NCBI RefSeq assembly: GCF_006345805.1
Contig: NC_043005.1
Coordinates: 72,292,001-72,356,000, forward strand
Direction: 5' to 3'
From: Octopus sinensis
Taxonomy: Eukaryota
Length of the DNA: 64,000 bases
The position numbers were made by a program, and so were the translations under genes. The notes under the pieces were generated by a model, which worked only from the letters and a program-made list of their open reading frames with translations, had not been told where the DNA came from and did not search any database. How positions within the stretch are numbered: the first letter of the stretch is position 1; each line of letters begins with the position of its first letter. Positions 41,509-55,233 of this stretch are shown piece by piece.

Positions 41509-42459
41509 TGAAATATTAGCTTCTGTCCCCTCCCTCATGGCAAACTGATTTAATCCACTTTTGAATAGTTCTTACAAAATTCGTAGTATCATTCTTATTA
41601 AAGTATTTTAAAATTTGACTCATTTGAATTAACTATGACATTGCTTTGTGAGTTGTCTTTTAAATTTGTATTTGATTATTCTGTAGCTTCTGATATCTTT
41701 ATAACAATTTTTACAATGACTAGCAATCCTTGAAGTCACTAATAAAAACATGCATTTATAACGATGCATGAGTCTATGCAAATAATTTATGTTCCTAAGA
41801 ATTTGTTCTTACAATCAAAACTGCATCAAAGATATTGGTTAAGTATTTGGAGATTTATAGCTCCTGGCTTGGCACATTTTCAAAATTTGCCTCGTAACAT
41901 AGTTTAGTATAGTTGACGTGAAATCATGACCAACATTTATTATAACCAACCTAATAATTTTTTTTATTCCAATGGAAATGAAAATTCATATAAAATTTAT
42001 GACACAATAATAAAATATTTTCTTTTGATATACATATCAAGGAATTTGATAAAGTATTTGAAATTTCTATTGTTGGAAAACATACAAAGAATTGTTTAGC
42101 TAAAGATATCAGATTTTCTTGATAAAGGCACCACTTGTAAGGAGTTTTATTTCATCTAACAATGGAATGTCTGAGATTGAAATGCAGAGAATAAAACTGA
42201 AATGTATCAACCATAATTGCTCTAATAGTATACAGTCTAACAGATAAAATTGTTTAAAGAAATAGCTTAAAAAGATGAAACATCAGTGAAAAGTGAGTAT
42301 GAAAATACTTTTTATCACGCCTAAACAATCAATAAAATTACGGGAGTATATACTAAATAGAATTATCTGCAAGCAGATGTAAAGAAATGGTGTATACCAG
42401 AAAAATGAAATTGTGAGGCAAAGAAAAATTCTCTTAAACAACCATTGCACAGGCAAATG

Positions 42460-42494
<35 letters not shown>

Positions 42495-43047
42495 CTTTAT
42501 TTGATCCTGACTACTTGTCAGAAGCATTTAAACAGTCTGTTTATAAGCATTAGTTTGGTTTTGAATTAAAACATAACTAAAAGTGAAAGTAGAAACAGCA
42601 AAAGCAAATAATACACACAACGCTTTAAAAATACCTCATGAAAATATATTCTACTTTGTCCTTTATAAATCCCACATTTATTACAATAGACACACTACTA
42701 ACAATACAATAAAAGTGAGTTTTTAAACTTTTGTAAATTATTTATAAATACAATGCTTTTTGTATAGCAATATCATAATCATTTAATGTCCACTTTTTCC
42801 ATGCTTTCATGGGTCAGACAGAATATCTTGAAGTAGACATTTTTATGCTTGTATGCTATTCCTGTTGCCAACCTTCAACTGTTTCCAAGGTAATATTTTC
42901 CCCATACTTAGAAGTATTTTCAAGAATACCCAGGAATGAATTACCTTGTTCTATGATGATGATGATAATGATGGTCATTTGCAACCTTCGTGTAATGTCT
43001 AGACTAGGGTACACTCACTGATACATACACACAGACTTCTTTCAATT

Positions 43048-43270
43048 TCTTATTTCTTTATTGCCCACAAGGGGCTAAACATAGAGGGGACAAACAAAGA
43101 CAGACAAAGGGATTAAGTCAATTACATCGACCCTAGTGCATAACTGGTATTTAATTTATCAACCCCGAAAGGATGAAAGGCAAAGTCGACCTCGGCAAAA
43201 TTTGAACCCTGAACGTAATGGCAGATGATATACTGCTAGGCATTTTACCCGGCAAGCTAACGTTTCTGCT
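43048..43270 (-). mobile_element. SINE family B nested in a family A copy
   Basis: Reverse complement of the 3817 element. Family A sequence resumes at ~43273. Confidence 0.8.
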
Positions 43271-44072
43271 GGCCAAATCCATTCACAAGGCTTTGGTCAG
43301 TCTGGGGCTATTATAGAAGATACTTGCCCAAAGTGCCACACAGTGAGACTGAACACTAGACTTCATGGTTAGGAAGATAGTTTCTTAACCACACAGCCAC
43401 ACTTGTGTGATCAAGATATATTCTGAAATTTGTTCATTCAAGATTATTTATTGGAGGAGAGAATCCATTTCTTTTCTTTGTAAGAGAGGGGCAGTAAAAA
43501 TCATTGAATTAGGTCCAGGCTGCTCTTAGTATTATGTATATTCTTCTTTGAGTAAGGAAAACAGAGATAAAGTTAAACTTGTTGGTATGTTAATATAGTC
43601 AATATTTTTCTCTAAATAATCTGTGCAAAAACTATTACGAGATGTCTGGTTTGTTATGATGAAGTAACATAAAACTGTATTTAAATACCAGGACATGTTC
43701 AAAATATTTAACTGTAAAGACATTTCTGTAGAAGTTGTTTGACATTTTAAACTTAGGTCAGTTTTGAATCTTAACACTGTTTCAATAATAATATTTATGT
43801 ACAAGATAGGAAAGGAGAGAGGGGGAGAAAGAGAGACAGACAGACAGAGACCCCCAAATCAATAAGAGTAGTATAAGAATATCACACTGTTGGACATGTA
43901 GATAATATTTCACATTCCAACACTGTTACTGTATTTCTTAGTCATTTCCTGACTTTCAATGTCTGTAAATAGCTACTATAATAGATATCATATATATATA
44001 TATATTTATATGTATATATATTATCAGCCACATCATCAGTATACATATAATATATGATATTGTATGTATATA

Positions 44073-44104
<32 letters not shown>

Positions 44105-44904
44105 CATAGATATATATGTATACACATACGTATGATATATGATGATAATAATACATATATGTATATAGACACACACATTGAGACAGTTTTATCTATATAT
44201 TTATATATATATACACACACACATATATATGTATACACATACATATGATATATGATGATAATAATACATATATATACACACACATATATTGAGACAGTTA
44301 TATATATATACACACACACACATATATTGAGACAGTTATATATATATATATATACACACACACACATATATATGTATACACATACGTATGATATATTATG
44401 ATACTAATGAATATATACATACACACACATACTGAGACAGTTATATATATATATGTATATATGTATGTATATATGTATGCATATATCTGCAATGCACATA
44501 AATACAATTAGACATTTAAGAAGTTTCATTTATTGATGTTTAATATAAAATAGCTTGTGACGTAAATCTCTCTGTTTGCATCATATTTATAGATGTTTAA
44601 TATTTTTGCTTTTGTATCCAATCATTATATACGATTATTATATATTTTAATAACAAAAACTTGTTATTTCACAATATCTTCATCAACACTGAAATTGAAA
44701 TGATACACATGATTTCGCATAGCTTTTCTAATATACTTGTACTCTTGTTTACAAACATATGCCTATGCATCACCTATGATAGAATAATGTAAATAAAACA
44801 TATATAAATGCATACAAAACTATGCTTGGTTGTACTAACTATTTTGTGTTTATAAATTTAAATTTCATATATTAATGGCAAATTTTTTTTTTAATTCATT
44901 TCAG

Positions 44905-44943
44905 GTTTTATACCGAAAGATGCTACACATATCCTTGGAACAG
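44905..44943 (+). CDS. Candidate 39-nt frame-preserving microexon of an unidentified gene
   Basis: Acceptor tttttttttaattcatttcag| and donor CAG|gttagt. Open in phase 0 (VLYRKMLHISLEQ) and phase 1 (xFIPKDATHILGTx). Confidence 0.45.
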
Positions 44944-45556
44944 GTTAGTTACATTTTTTGTTTCTTTTTTAGTGGGGGTTTACTTGTTATCATTTACAAA
45001 TTTAATTTCTTTTCTCAATACTAATATGTTTTTGCTTCCAGAGTTTTGGAAATATCTTAATTCAATAACCGAAGAAACTACACAACATTGTCTTTTTTCT
45101 AGTTGTTGGGGCTTTTTGTTTATTATATATTTTTATTTCTTCCAAAGAATACTATTTGTTTGAAATTTTCAATAATCAGTTTAGTAGTTGACTTGTGCTC
45201 AGAATTTCATGTGTGTATGTATAAATATGAATGCATCTGTATAAATATGTAATTACATTTATATGTGTGCATACACATACATGATTGTCTACAAAGTGTT
45301 TTGTGTGCATCTGAATATAAGCCTTTATGCCAAACTGTAAAAATATTTTGCACATACTGGATATGGACAGACATATATGTAAAGATGTTATATAGAAGAT
45401 ATATGTGTTCTTGGGCATATATACATATATCTGCAGGTACATATACCATACTTCAGGATATATCTATAGATTTTAACTAACTTTGTGTGTAATTGAAAGA
45501 TGTGAACACATTGTCTGTATGTACAGTAACTTCATGTACAGAGAAAGGAAAGCCAG

Positions 45557-45600
45557 TAGGACTCGTTTCAATCCGGTGTTGGGATCTCGTCAACAAACTA
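45557..45600 (-). ncRNA. Variant or decayed minimal type I hammerhead-like motif
   Basis: UUGACGA-gaucc(caacacc)ggauu-GAAA-CGA-GUC. C3 is replaced by U and stem I is weak. Confidence 0.4.
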
Positions 45601-47014
45601 TTCTCTTTACTTGTCCATGGGAACATTGCTCACTTAGTAAATTGACTAAACTGATTTGCCATAATTTTATATATCTATTTGTATATAGCAGTATTTATTC
45701 ATATAAATATGTTTATATCTATCTACTCATATACAATATATATATAGATATATATATACATATACACAATGTATGTATGTGTGTGTCATCATCATCGTCA
45801 TTATCCTTATTTTTCTTAACATCCATTTTCCTGTGCTTACATGCGTCTGACAGAAAGCATTGAGATAGATTTCCTACAGCTGTTTCGATCCATGGGAATA
45901 TTTCCTAATCGTTGGACATGTTTTCAAGGGAGACACAAAGTACAGGTCATTGCTTGCATGATGGTGATACCCGATAACAATTATCACACGATATCTATGC
46001 AAAGAGATACAAGCATTCACACAAACACACAATGAACATTTTAAAGTTTCTGTGTACCAGACCAAGTCATAAGACTTTGATTGGCCTTTTACTATAGTAG
46101 ATGACACAACATTATGGTAGAAGATCCAAAACTATGTGATTGGGGAATGAACTTCTTAATCACATAGACATGTCCGCTGCAATATGTGTGTGTGTGGTTT
46201 CCTGGTGATGGTCAGTTTCCCATCCATAAAGGGTTTAACTTTATGGCATATCTTTAGACCCCAAGACCTGTTGGCCTATGATCTCTTTAAAATATAAAGG
46301 GGAAACGTCTGGATTATCTCCCTTTGCCAATGGTTACTGACTTCTGGCCATACTACCATCATTCATCTGTGAGGGTAAACAATAGGAGACTATCTCTCTC
46401 TCCCATTAGCTATCAACTTTCAATGGTTCTCTGTGCAACACATTGTAAGTGCCTTGTACTATAACCCCAGGTCAAGCAGAGCTCTTGTGAGCAGATTTAG
46501 CTGACAGAAAGAAAACCTTCCATCATATGTGAGTGAGCATGTGTGTGTATGTGTGTGTGTGTTCATTTAAAACCCTCAAGATATTCCCTGAGAGCTGTAA
46601 AGGAACTTCACCAACATATGAGCGGTGTTTGTTTTGGTCTTCTTTTGAAAACATACTTTTCTGGTAAGGTTTGGCAACATGAAGGACATCCACTTTGATG
46701 TCCTCATCAAAATGGGTGTCCTTTTGCAAGCTGTTTGGTCAACTGAGTTATCTATTACCTACTGTATTTGGTATGAATAACTGAATACCCTAGGGAAACA
46801 GCAGAATCAATGAAACACAGTGTATGAGAAGGTTAACCATTTGAATTGTTTGTCTGTCTTTCCAATAGGCTTTCACTTTTCCCTTTACCTGATTTTATTC
46901 ACAAAGCTTTTGGTTGGACTGAAGATGTGATATGAGATACTTACCCAAGTTGTCATACAATAGAACTGAATCTGTGTCACCATATTTCCATATTGTACAT
47001 CATAAATACTTTAC

Positions 47015-47026
47015 CTACCTACCCAC

Positions 47027-47125
<99 letters not shown>

Positions 47126-47492
47126 CGTACTTTTCTATCTATCTACCTACCAACCTGTCTACCTATCTACCTACCTACTTAACAACCTACCTACCTACAT
47201 ACCTACCAACCTACCTACCTACCTACCTACCTGCCTATCTATCTACCTACCTAACTCTCTACCTACTTACCTGCCTATCTATCTACCTGCCTACCTACTT
47301 ACCCACCTACCTACCTATCTGCTTTCCTACCTATCTACCAATCAATCTATCTATCTACCTAACTACCCCTCCCTACCTCCCTACATCCCCTCCCTCCCTA
47401 CCTAGCTACCTCCCCCTCCCTCCCTACATAGCTACCTCCCCCTCCCTCCCTACCTACTACTTACCTACCTACCCACCTACATACATACATAA

Positions 47493-47541
<49 letters not shown>

Positions 47542-47550
47542 TACATACAT
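47015..47550. repeat. (TATC)n/(TACC)n/(TACA)n microsatellite
   Basis: Direct runs. Confidence 0.95.
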
Positions 47551-49245
47551 GATACATATATAATATATAATATATACATCTGCCTGTGTGTATGTGTGAG
47601 TGTTTGAATGTATGTGTTATATGCATGGTCATGATAAATGTAAACTGTTTATGCATGTTTTATATCATATTCTAATATTATATTTCTCCAAGAAAAACAA
47701 CAAGTATCTTTAAGAATTTTTTTCTCTTTTGTTTTTCCTCTACTATTTCTGGCTTTCCTCAAATAACAAAACATTTTAGTCATGCCTAAAACTGCAATTT
47801 GATGGAAGCTATAATTAATTCAATCTCTTCTCCACTTTGGTATATTCATATGGTTTATAACAATACTGAGTACAGTTTATTGCCTCTTATCTCACAGAAG
47901 CCAACTAACAGCTCTTCATATAATATACCTCTTCAACCCTGGCCAGAATTTATCATGTTTTGTATTCTCTCACCTTTTCTCTATATAACTGTCTCCCTCT
48001 CTCTCTCTTGCTCTCCCTCGTTTGCTCTCCCTCGCTTTCTCTCTTTCATGCTCTTTCAGCTTTGGGCTAGCTAATAAAACCAAGACCTTGCTGACTGTGT
48101 GAATTCAAGATGCTATATATGATGAAGATTTACAGTTGATAATGGTTTAGTATTGACAGAATTTATTGGCAAGTAGTATAGTATAATAGAGGCAAGATTT
48201 TATTAACCGATGTCTGCAACCTGGTTTTAATTCCCAGTTGAAGACATTTTACTACGTTTATGGCACTACTGCCATTGGAACTCCATGAATTTCGCATTCA
48301 TTCATTTCCTCCCCTTCTCTCTGAATATCGTATGTGACTTTCTTCCTGCATAAGAAATCATTATAGGATTTATAATGTTAATTTTATTTGAAATATATTA
48401 AGTATATCTTAGAACTTTTCAAATGTATGTTTTATCTCATTCAGATCTTATTAAAGGCTTCTACAATAGACAGTTATAAATTCATTTATATGAATTTTCT
48501 AATGAATGCAAATGCTTATTATGTGCATAAGTTTGGGATTTATAGCCAAGCTACTCTTAGGTTCATTTGGTTGAATCAGCCTCCATGCTAATCAGATTTG
48601 ATGGCAAGAATATTCAACAATTTCATCTAAGTTAGAAGAAACAGTAATTAAGAATAAACAATCACATTTATTTTATATTTGATGGTTCAGACAACTCATT
48701 ATTTTAACATACTAATCTTATCTAGTGTCTTGTTAGGTAGAAATTGCTGACATACAAATTTGTAACCTAACTCACAGTCAAATAATAACAGAATTACTTT
48801 AACACCTGAGCTGAATTTACAAGATGTCTTGATAAAGTTACTTTTTTTCTCTCTATTTTTTTTCCTCATTTTAATGAATTTCTACCTCTGTTATTGTGTC
48901 GTTGACTTAATCTATCACCCATTTAAGACTACCACCTGTTTATTTTAATGTCTTTTGTAGAATACACTCTTTTGCAAATGTTCAGCCTAGATCTTTGGCT
49001 AATGGATAAATTCCTTCTTGTTGGAGACCACTTCAAACTAAACCATACAAAACTTGTTCAAAAAGTCGTAGTAAAATATATAATTCTATATTTAGTATCT
49101 TAAAACCAAGGTACCACATAAAACCACTGGTGATGGTACCACATAAAAAGCACTAGTGCTGGTACTATGCAATAAGCACCCAGTACACTCTGTAAAGATG
49201 TTGGCATTAGGAAGGATATCCAGCTTTAGAAATGTAATCAAAACA

Positions 49246-49650
49246 GGAATGGCTGTGTGGTAAGTAGCTTGCTTACCAACTACATTGTTCCGGGCTCAGT
49301 CCCACTACATGGCACCTTGGGAAAGTGTCTTCTACTATAGCCTCAGGCTGACCAAAGCCTTGTGAGTGGATTTGGTAAACGGAAACTGAAAGAAGCCCGT
49401 TGTATATATATATATGTGTGTGTGTGTGTGTGGTGTGTGTGTGTGTATGTTTGTCCCCCTAGCATTGCTTGACAACTGATGCTGGTGTGTTTTGTCCCCG
49501 TCTCTTAGCGGTTCAGCAAAAGAGACCGATAGAATAAGTACTGGGCTTACAAAGAATAAGTCCCGGTTTTGATTTGCTCGGCTAAAGGCAGTGCTCCAGG
49601 ATGGCTGCAGTCAAATGACTGAAACAAGTAAAAGAGTAAAAGAGTAAAGA
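49246..49650 (+). mobile_element. SINE family A nested in a family E element
   Basis: Homologous to 870-1265. Family E sequence lies on both sides. Confidence 0.85.
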
Positions 49651-50693
49651 GAGACTATGGAACCTGGTGCAACCCCTGGCCTTACCAGTTCCTCTCAAGC
49701 CATCCAACTCATGCCAGCATGGAAAACAGACGTTAAATGATGATGGTGATGATGATGATAGAATGGCTCTAACACTTGAGCTGAATCTATCAGTTAACTT
49801 GATTGAACATAGACAAAGTTTTCTTTCATTTCCTTTCTCTTATGCTTTGATGAGCATCGTATAATCAATATTTGGCTTTACATTGCAATTGTGACTTAGA
49901 CTTAGGCGTGTTGCGAGCTCTAGAACTCATAAGGCCAGAGCTTAACCCAGTTTCCATGATGCATAAGTGACTGAGATTACAACAACTCCACTGAATAGGA
50001 CACTAATCTGTCACAGAGCTGACTTGCCTACTATTGCTGGTATTCATTTACGGTTGAGTGGTCTTGAGTGACATGGTTTTTTTTTTTTTTCAGCTGAAGA
50101 ACATGACACATTGTTCAGGAACACATTGTTGAGAATACATACAGATATGTATATATCAGGAACATGCTGTCAGTAATTACTTGGGGTAGGCAGTTGGTGA
50201 CGTTTATGTAGTAAAACACAAAAAAATAAATGAGCAAAACGCAGACACGCGACTGAGTTGGAGGGAGAGATTTACTTCTGCCTTTATGGTACACAAAGAC
50301 AACATTGTTGCAGGAATGTATGCCGCACATGTACTACAGCAGTACTATGCTTAGCTTAAATACTGAGATTGAAAGACAGGGGTGAATTATGCTTATCTAA
50401 TCTACAAAATAAATTAAAATATTTTGCATTTTATTCATAGTAATCAGAGTAACTTCATAATTTTATTGAATTAGGTGCATATTTTGCCATAAAAGGAAAA
50501 TATTACTATCGATCTATTTTATTTAGGGTAGGCACTGTCAACCTTGCCTACCCAGACAGCACGTCCCTGGTACAGATATATACATATATATTTCTTTACT
50601 ATACGCAAGGGGCTAAACACACAGGGGACAAACAAAGGGATTAAGTCGATTACATTGACCCCAGTGCGTAACTGGTACTTAATTATCGACCCC

Positions 50694-50732
<39 letters not shown>

Positions 50733-51437
50733 GTATATGAATGTATGTATATCATTATTCAGTTTTATTTCAAGATTTCTTGCCAATAGAGAAAGAGCTA
50801 GTTTCTAACCTAGATCTAAGGCTTTTCATTGGAATTTCAACATCAACAACAGGGTATTTTTGTATGTATGTATGCATATGTGCAGATTTGTGTGTTTTGT
50901 ATTATATATGTATTCTCATGCATATTGTTGCATATCTAGACATATGTATGTATGAGAAATCTTTAATGAGGATGTTACTAAAAAACTTCTTCCCCAAAAA
51001 GTTTAGTAACATCCTCATTAAAGATTTCATAACATTTTTTTGAAAAATAATTTTTTAAAAAACGTCACCTTTACACTTCAAAAACTGTATTAAGTAGTTC
51101 TCATAGACTTTTAAATATGTATGTATTTGTGTGTGTACCTATATACACATTTATATAGATAGATATGTATGTGCACACATATATACATACATTCATACAT
51201 ACACATATGTATAAAGACAGAGAGAGAATGAGGCTGGGTGATAATAATAAATATCAACAAGAAGACAGTGAGATAATGCTTAAGTGGAGTATTCTATGTC
51301 CTAGATACAAATATAGTAAATATCACAAATACAACTATGGCAGAATATTACATAGTGAGTTGCAAACTTTGATTAACTGAGAGTGTTCTTGCAATTAGTC
51401 GACAAACTCCTTCTCTGGATGCTTAAAATTATTATTA

Positions 51438-51864
51438 GGCACAGGAGTGACTGTGTGGTAAGTAGCTTGCTTACAAACCACATGGTTCCGGGTACAGTCC
51501 CACTGCATGGCACCTTGGGCAAGTGTCTTCTACTATAGCTTCGGGCCGACCAAAGCCTTGTGAGTGGATTTGGTAGACGGAAACTGAAAGAAGCCCATCG
51601 TATATACGTATATGTATGTGTGTGTGTGTGTGTGTGTGGTGTGTGTGTGTGTGTGTGTATGTTTGTGTGTTTGTCCCCCAACCATTGCTTGACAACTGAT
51701 GTTGGTGTGTTTACATCCCCATAACTTAGCGGTTCAGCAAAAGAGACTGATAGAATAAGTACTAGGCTTACAAAGAATAAGTCCTGGGGTTGATTTGCTC
51801 GACTAAAAGTGGTGCTGCAGCATGGCCACAGTCGAATGACTGAAACAAGTAAAAGAGTAAAAGA
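51438..51864 (+). mobile_element. SINE family A
   Basis: Homologous to 870-1265. Confidence 0.85.
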
Positions 51865-51866
51865 GG

Positions 51867-52200
51867 GTGTTCAGTGACAAGCATCCTGGTAAGCAACTAC
51901 TTGACAGAGAGGGACATCAAAACTGTCCCTCACCCTCCCTACAATCCAGACCTTGCTTCCTGTGGCTTTTGGTTTGTTTCCCAACCTGAAGGAGATCCTC
52001 AGAGGCAGTTGTATTGATGATAAAGAAGGCTGTGATGAGGGTGAAACTTCTATGATTCCTTTACAAAGTTGCTAGACTGATACAACAAGTGCATTGAAGC
52101 ATGTGGATCTTACTTTGAAAGAGATTTGAGTTTTGTATTTCTTTGAAATTGATAAATGTCTCTGCTTGAAAGGTTTGAAAACATCTGGAATGGACCTTCA
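51867..52200 (+). pseudogene. Mariner transposase C-terminal remnant
   Basis: Reads TVPHPPYNPDLASCGFW, then after a frameshift LFPNLKEILRG, and later YNKCIEACGSYFE. Matches the mariner YSPDLAP motif and C-terminus. Confidence 0.85.
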
Positions 52201-52337
52201 ACATAACTCAAGACAAATGATAATAACTGAGATGTAGTTTTAAGACATTGGATTTAGTTGTGGGGCATTCATTTACATGACTAATGAAGACTAAGAATTT
52301 TAAGATCTTTGTAATATGTAGGCAGTAATAAATAAAT

Positions 52338-52760
52338 CATCATCATCATCATCATCATCATCTAACGTCTGTTTTCCATGCTAGCATGGGTTGGACGGTT
52401 CAACCGGGGTCTGAGAAGCCAGGAGGCTGCACCAGGCTCCAGTCTGATCTGGCAGTGTTTCTACAGCTGGATACCCTTCCTAATGCCAACTCTCCGTGAG
52501 TGTAGTGGGTGCTTTTTACATGCCACCAGCACAGGGGCCAGAGGAGGCTGGAAAACAGCCATGATCGGTTGGTGTTTTTATGTGTCACTGACATGGACAC
52601 CAGTCAGGCGGCGCTGGCATCTGCCTCATTCGGACGGTGCTTTTAATGTGTCACCGGCATGAGAATCTTAACTACAATTTCCATTTGATTTTCATTTTGA
52701 TGTTGGTGTTAACGTACTTGACTCAATAGGTCTCCTCAAGAACAGCAGGTCACTCTACGA
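52338..52760 (-). mobile_element. Family E RTE-associated element
   Basis: (CAT)n tail and conserved body. Confidence 0.8.
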
Positions 52761-55014
52761 TCCAAGGTTAGCACAATAAATATCTATATTTCATGCACCT
52801 TTTTCCCTGTTCCTCAATTTTAAATTTTAAACTTCAAATTCTACCCAATACTATGTAAAATACATTATCTCTCTAACATTAACTGGCCGTCATTGGAGCA
52901 CCATTTATTTAATTACATCTTTGGCTATTTCAGTCTTAGCAATCAATTTTTAAGTTGGAACAATGTAAGGTTAAGGTGCAGATTGGATTTAGCTTACTTA
53001 TATATGAATCATTGCGTTAGGGGGGAAAATGAGTTTAGAAATAAAAGCAAAGAAAGGCAGAAAATCTATAGAACATAAACTAAGATAAGTTTGTGATAAA
53101 GTGATGAATATAACTTGTATTTTCATAGTTTTGAGGCCTCTGAGATTTATTTAGTTATATATTTTATGATTATTCAGTTGGCAAATAAAAACATTATTAA
53201 ACTCTAGTTTTTAACATTCTTATCACTAGCTTATATATACATACATACATACATGCATACATACATACATACATACATACATACATACATACATAAGAAA
53301 TATAAATATTATTAAAAATGATATTATTATCCAGCTACAATAAAGCACCATAAAAAGTAGAGTTATAAATATACAAATCAGATGTACATGAAGTACGATC
53401 ATTGCTAGAAATAGCAGCTGTGGTAAGTTATTGTTACCTTTATTATGTTATATATTGTGATATCCAGAGTAACAAGGAAATAACTACAACTTGATGCAGA
53501 ACAAACATCACAAGGCATTGTTTGTGATAAAGTACTTTTTTTTTTTTTTTAGTTTTCTCACTGATACTTAATGCCCTCCACATATATTATGTATGATGGG
53601 CTTCTAAGCAGTTTCCATCTACTAAATTCTTCTTGCAAGACATTGATCAACTGGGGGCTATAGTAGAAAATACCCAGGTTGTATTGCTGTGGGATTGAAC
53701 CTGAAGCCATGTAGTTGTGAAGTAATTCTTAGCTCCACTGTTGTGTTTGGGTCCCACTGCAATATTAAATTTGTTGTATCTTCAGCACAGTGACATTAAT
53801 ATTTCTAAGTATACTTAATTTCCTTTTTAAAACAAGTTTTATACTGAATTGTACCTCTTCTACAATTCACTTGTTCCTATTTCCCTATCATATTCTTGCC
53901 ACCCAACACATGACATAACTCACCTCCCTCAATACTACGCCCCCTTCAACTGAGGGGTCTTGTCTTGATAGGAGAGAAGGTGACAAACCAATCACTTGAC
54001 TGCTACAGTATTTTAGAGAACTTGAAAAGAAAGAGAGACAAAACAAACTTCTGTTAGATTCAGATTCAGGATGTGCAACACTCAACATTAATACCCGACT
54101 ATCTACTGAGGGGTCTTGTCTTGCATGCTACTTGGCAGCCCTACTTGTGCTGGTGACAGAAAAAAAGCTCCAAGTACACTCTATAAATGGGTTGCCATCA
54201 GGAAGGGCATCCTGTTCTAAAAGCCATACAAAAACAGACATTGGAGCTTGATGCAGACCTCTGACTTGCCAGGTCCTGTCAGACATTTTCTACCAATGCT
54301 AGGATAGAATACAGACCCTAAATAATGATAATAATGATGATGTAGGGACAGCTGTCAGTATATCTAAACATTGGTAGAAAAAAAGTATGCTGATTCTTGA
54401 TATTTCTGAATGAGGATGACCTGTCAGAATCTCAGACTAATCAATGAAAAGCAGGACATTTTGGAATGAAAGAAGCTGTACAAAATAAAATATATTCACC
54501 GATTCTATTTTGATGCTTGCTTGTGCTATGTTTTCACTTCTGAGTATATTTCATAGTTACAAACAAATTTATCTATTTGTGAAAAAAAAAAGTCCTAAAG
54601 AAACATGTTTATTACAAATGAACTCAAACTTTCAGATAAAAACATGAATACCTTCAGGTATACTCTCATACATTGAATGTAAATATTATGGCAAGCTGAT
54701 TTGAAACAAAAATATCTGTCTGAATCTTTTATTTTAATAACAGGATTTTTTTGCATTTCGAATTACTTAAGCCCTTCACTTCCCCATGGAGCAAAAGCTG
54801 TCAATGACTTTTCTCCACAGTTCTTGACTCAGGGCTGTCTTATCTGCTTCTCATGAGTTGATTTTCCTCTCCCCTGTCTGCTTGGTTTCAAATTGTCATC
54901 GATGCTTCTGTGACTTGGTAGAGGTGTTGGTTCCTGTGCAAACATATTTTTATCTCCGGGGAGCAGTGGTCCATATCAGTCTGGACTTTATCATTTGATC
55001 TACCCAGCATATAT

Positions 55015-55233
55015 TTCTTTACTGCCCACAAGTGGCTAAACATAGAGGGCACAAACAAGGACAGACAAAGGGATTAAGTCGATTACATCGACCCCAGTGT
55101 GAAACTGGTACTTTATTTATCGACCCTGAAAGGATGAAAGGCAAAGTCGACTTCAGCGGAATTTGAACTCAGAATGTAACAACAGATGAAATACCGCTAA
55201 GCATTTCGCCCGGCATGCTAACGTTTCTGCCAG
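55015..55233 (-). mobile_element. SINE family B
   Basis: Reverse complement of the 3817 element, with short flanking AGCATA repeats. Confidence 0.85.

Noticed and set aside
48119-48215. Box C/D snoRNA or SECIS candidate starting ATGATGA
   Set aside because: No canonical D box with a terminal stem, and no SECIS helix pairing.
49844-49855. GCTTTGATGAGC resembling the miR-2 3' end
   Set aside because: No seed region and no precursor hairpin.
50525-50558. 9-bp hairpin whose loop is complementary to the downstream GACAG (pseudoknot or HDV-like)
   Set aside because: The linker lengths are sterically incompatible with an H-type pseudoknot, and the HDV topology is absent.
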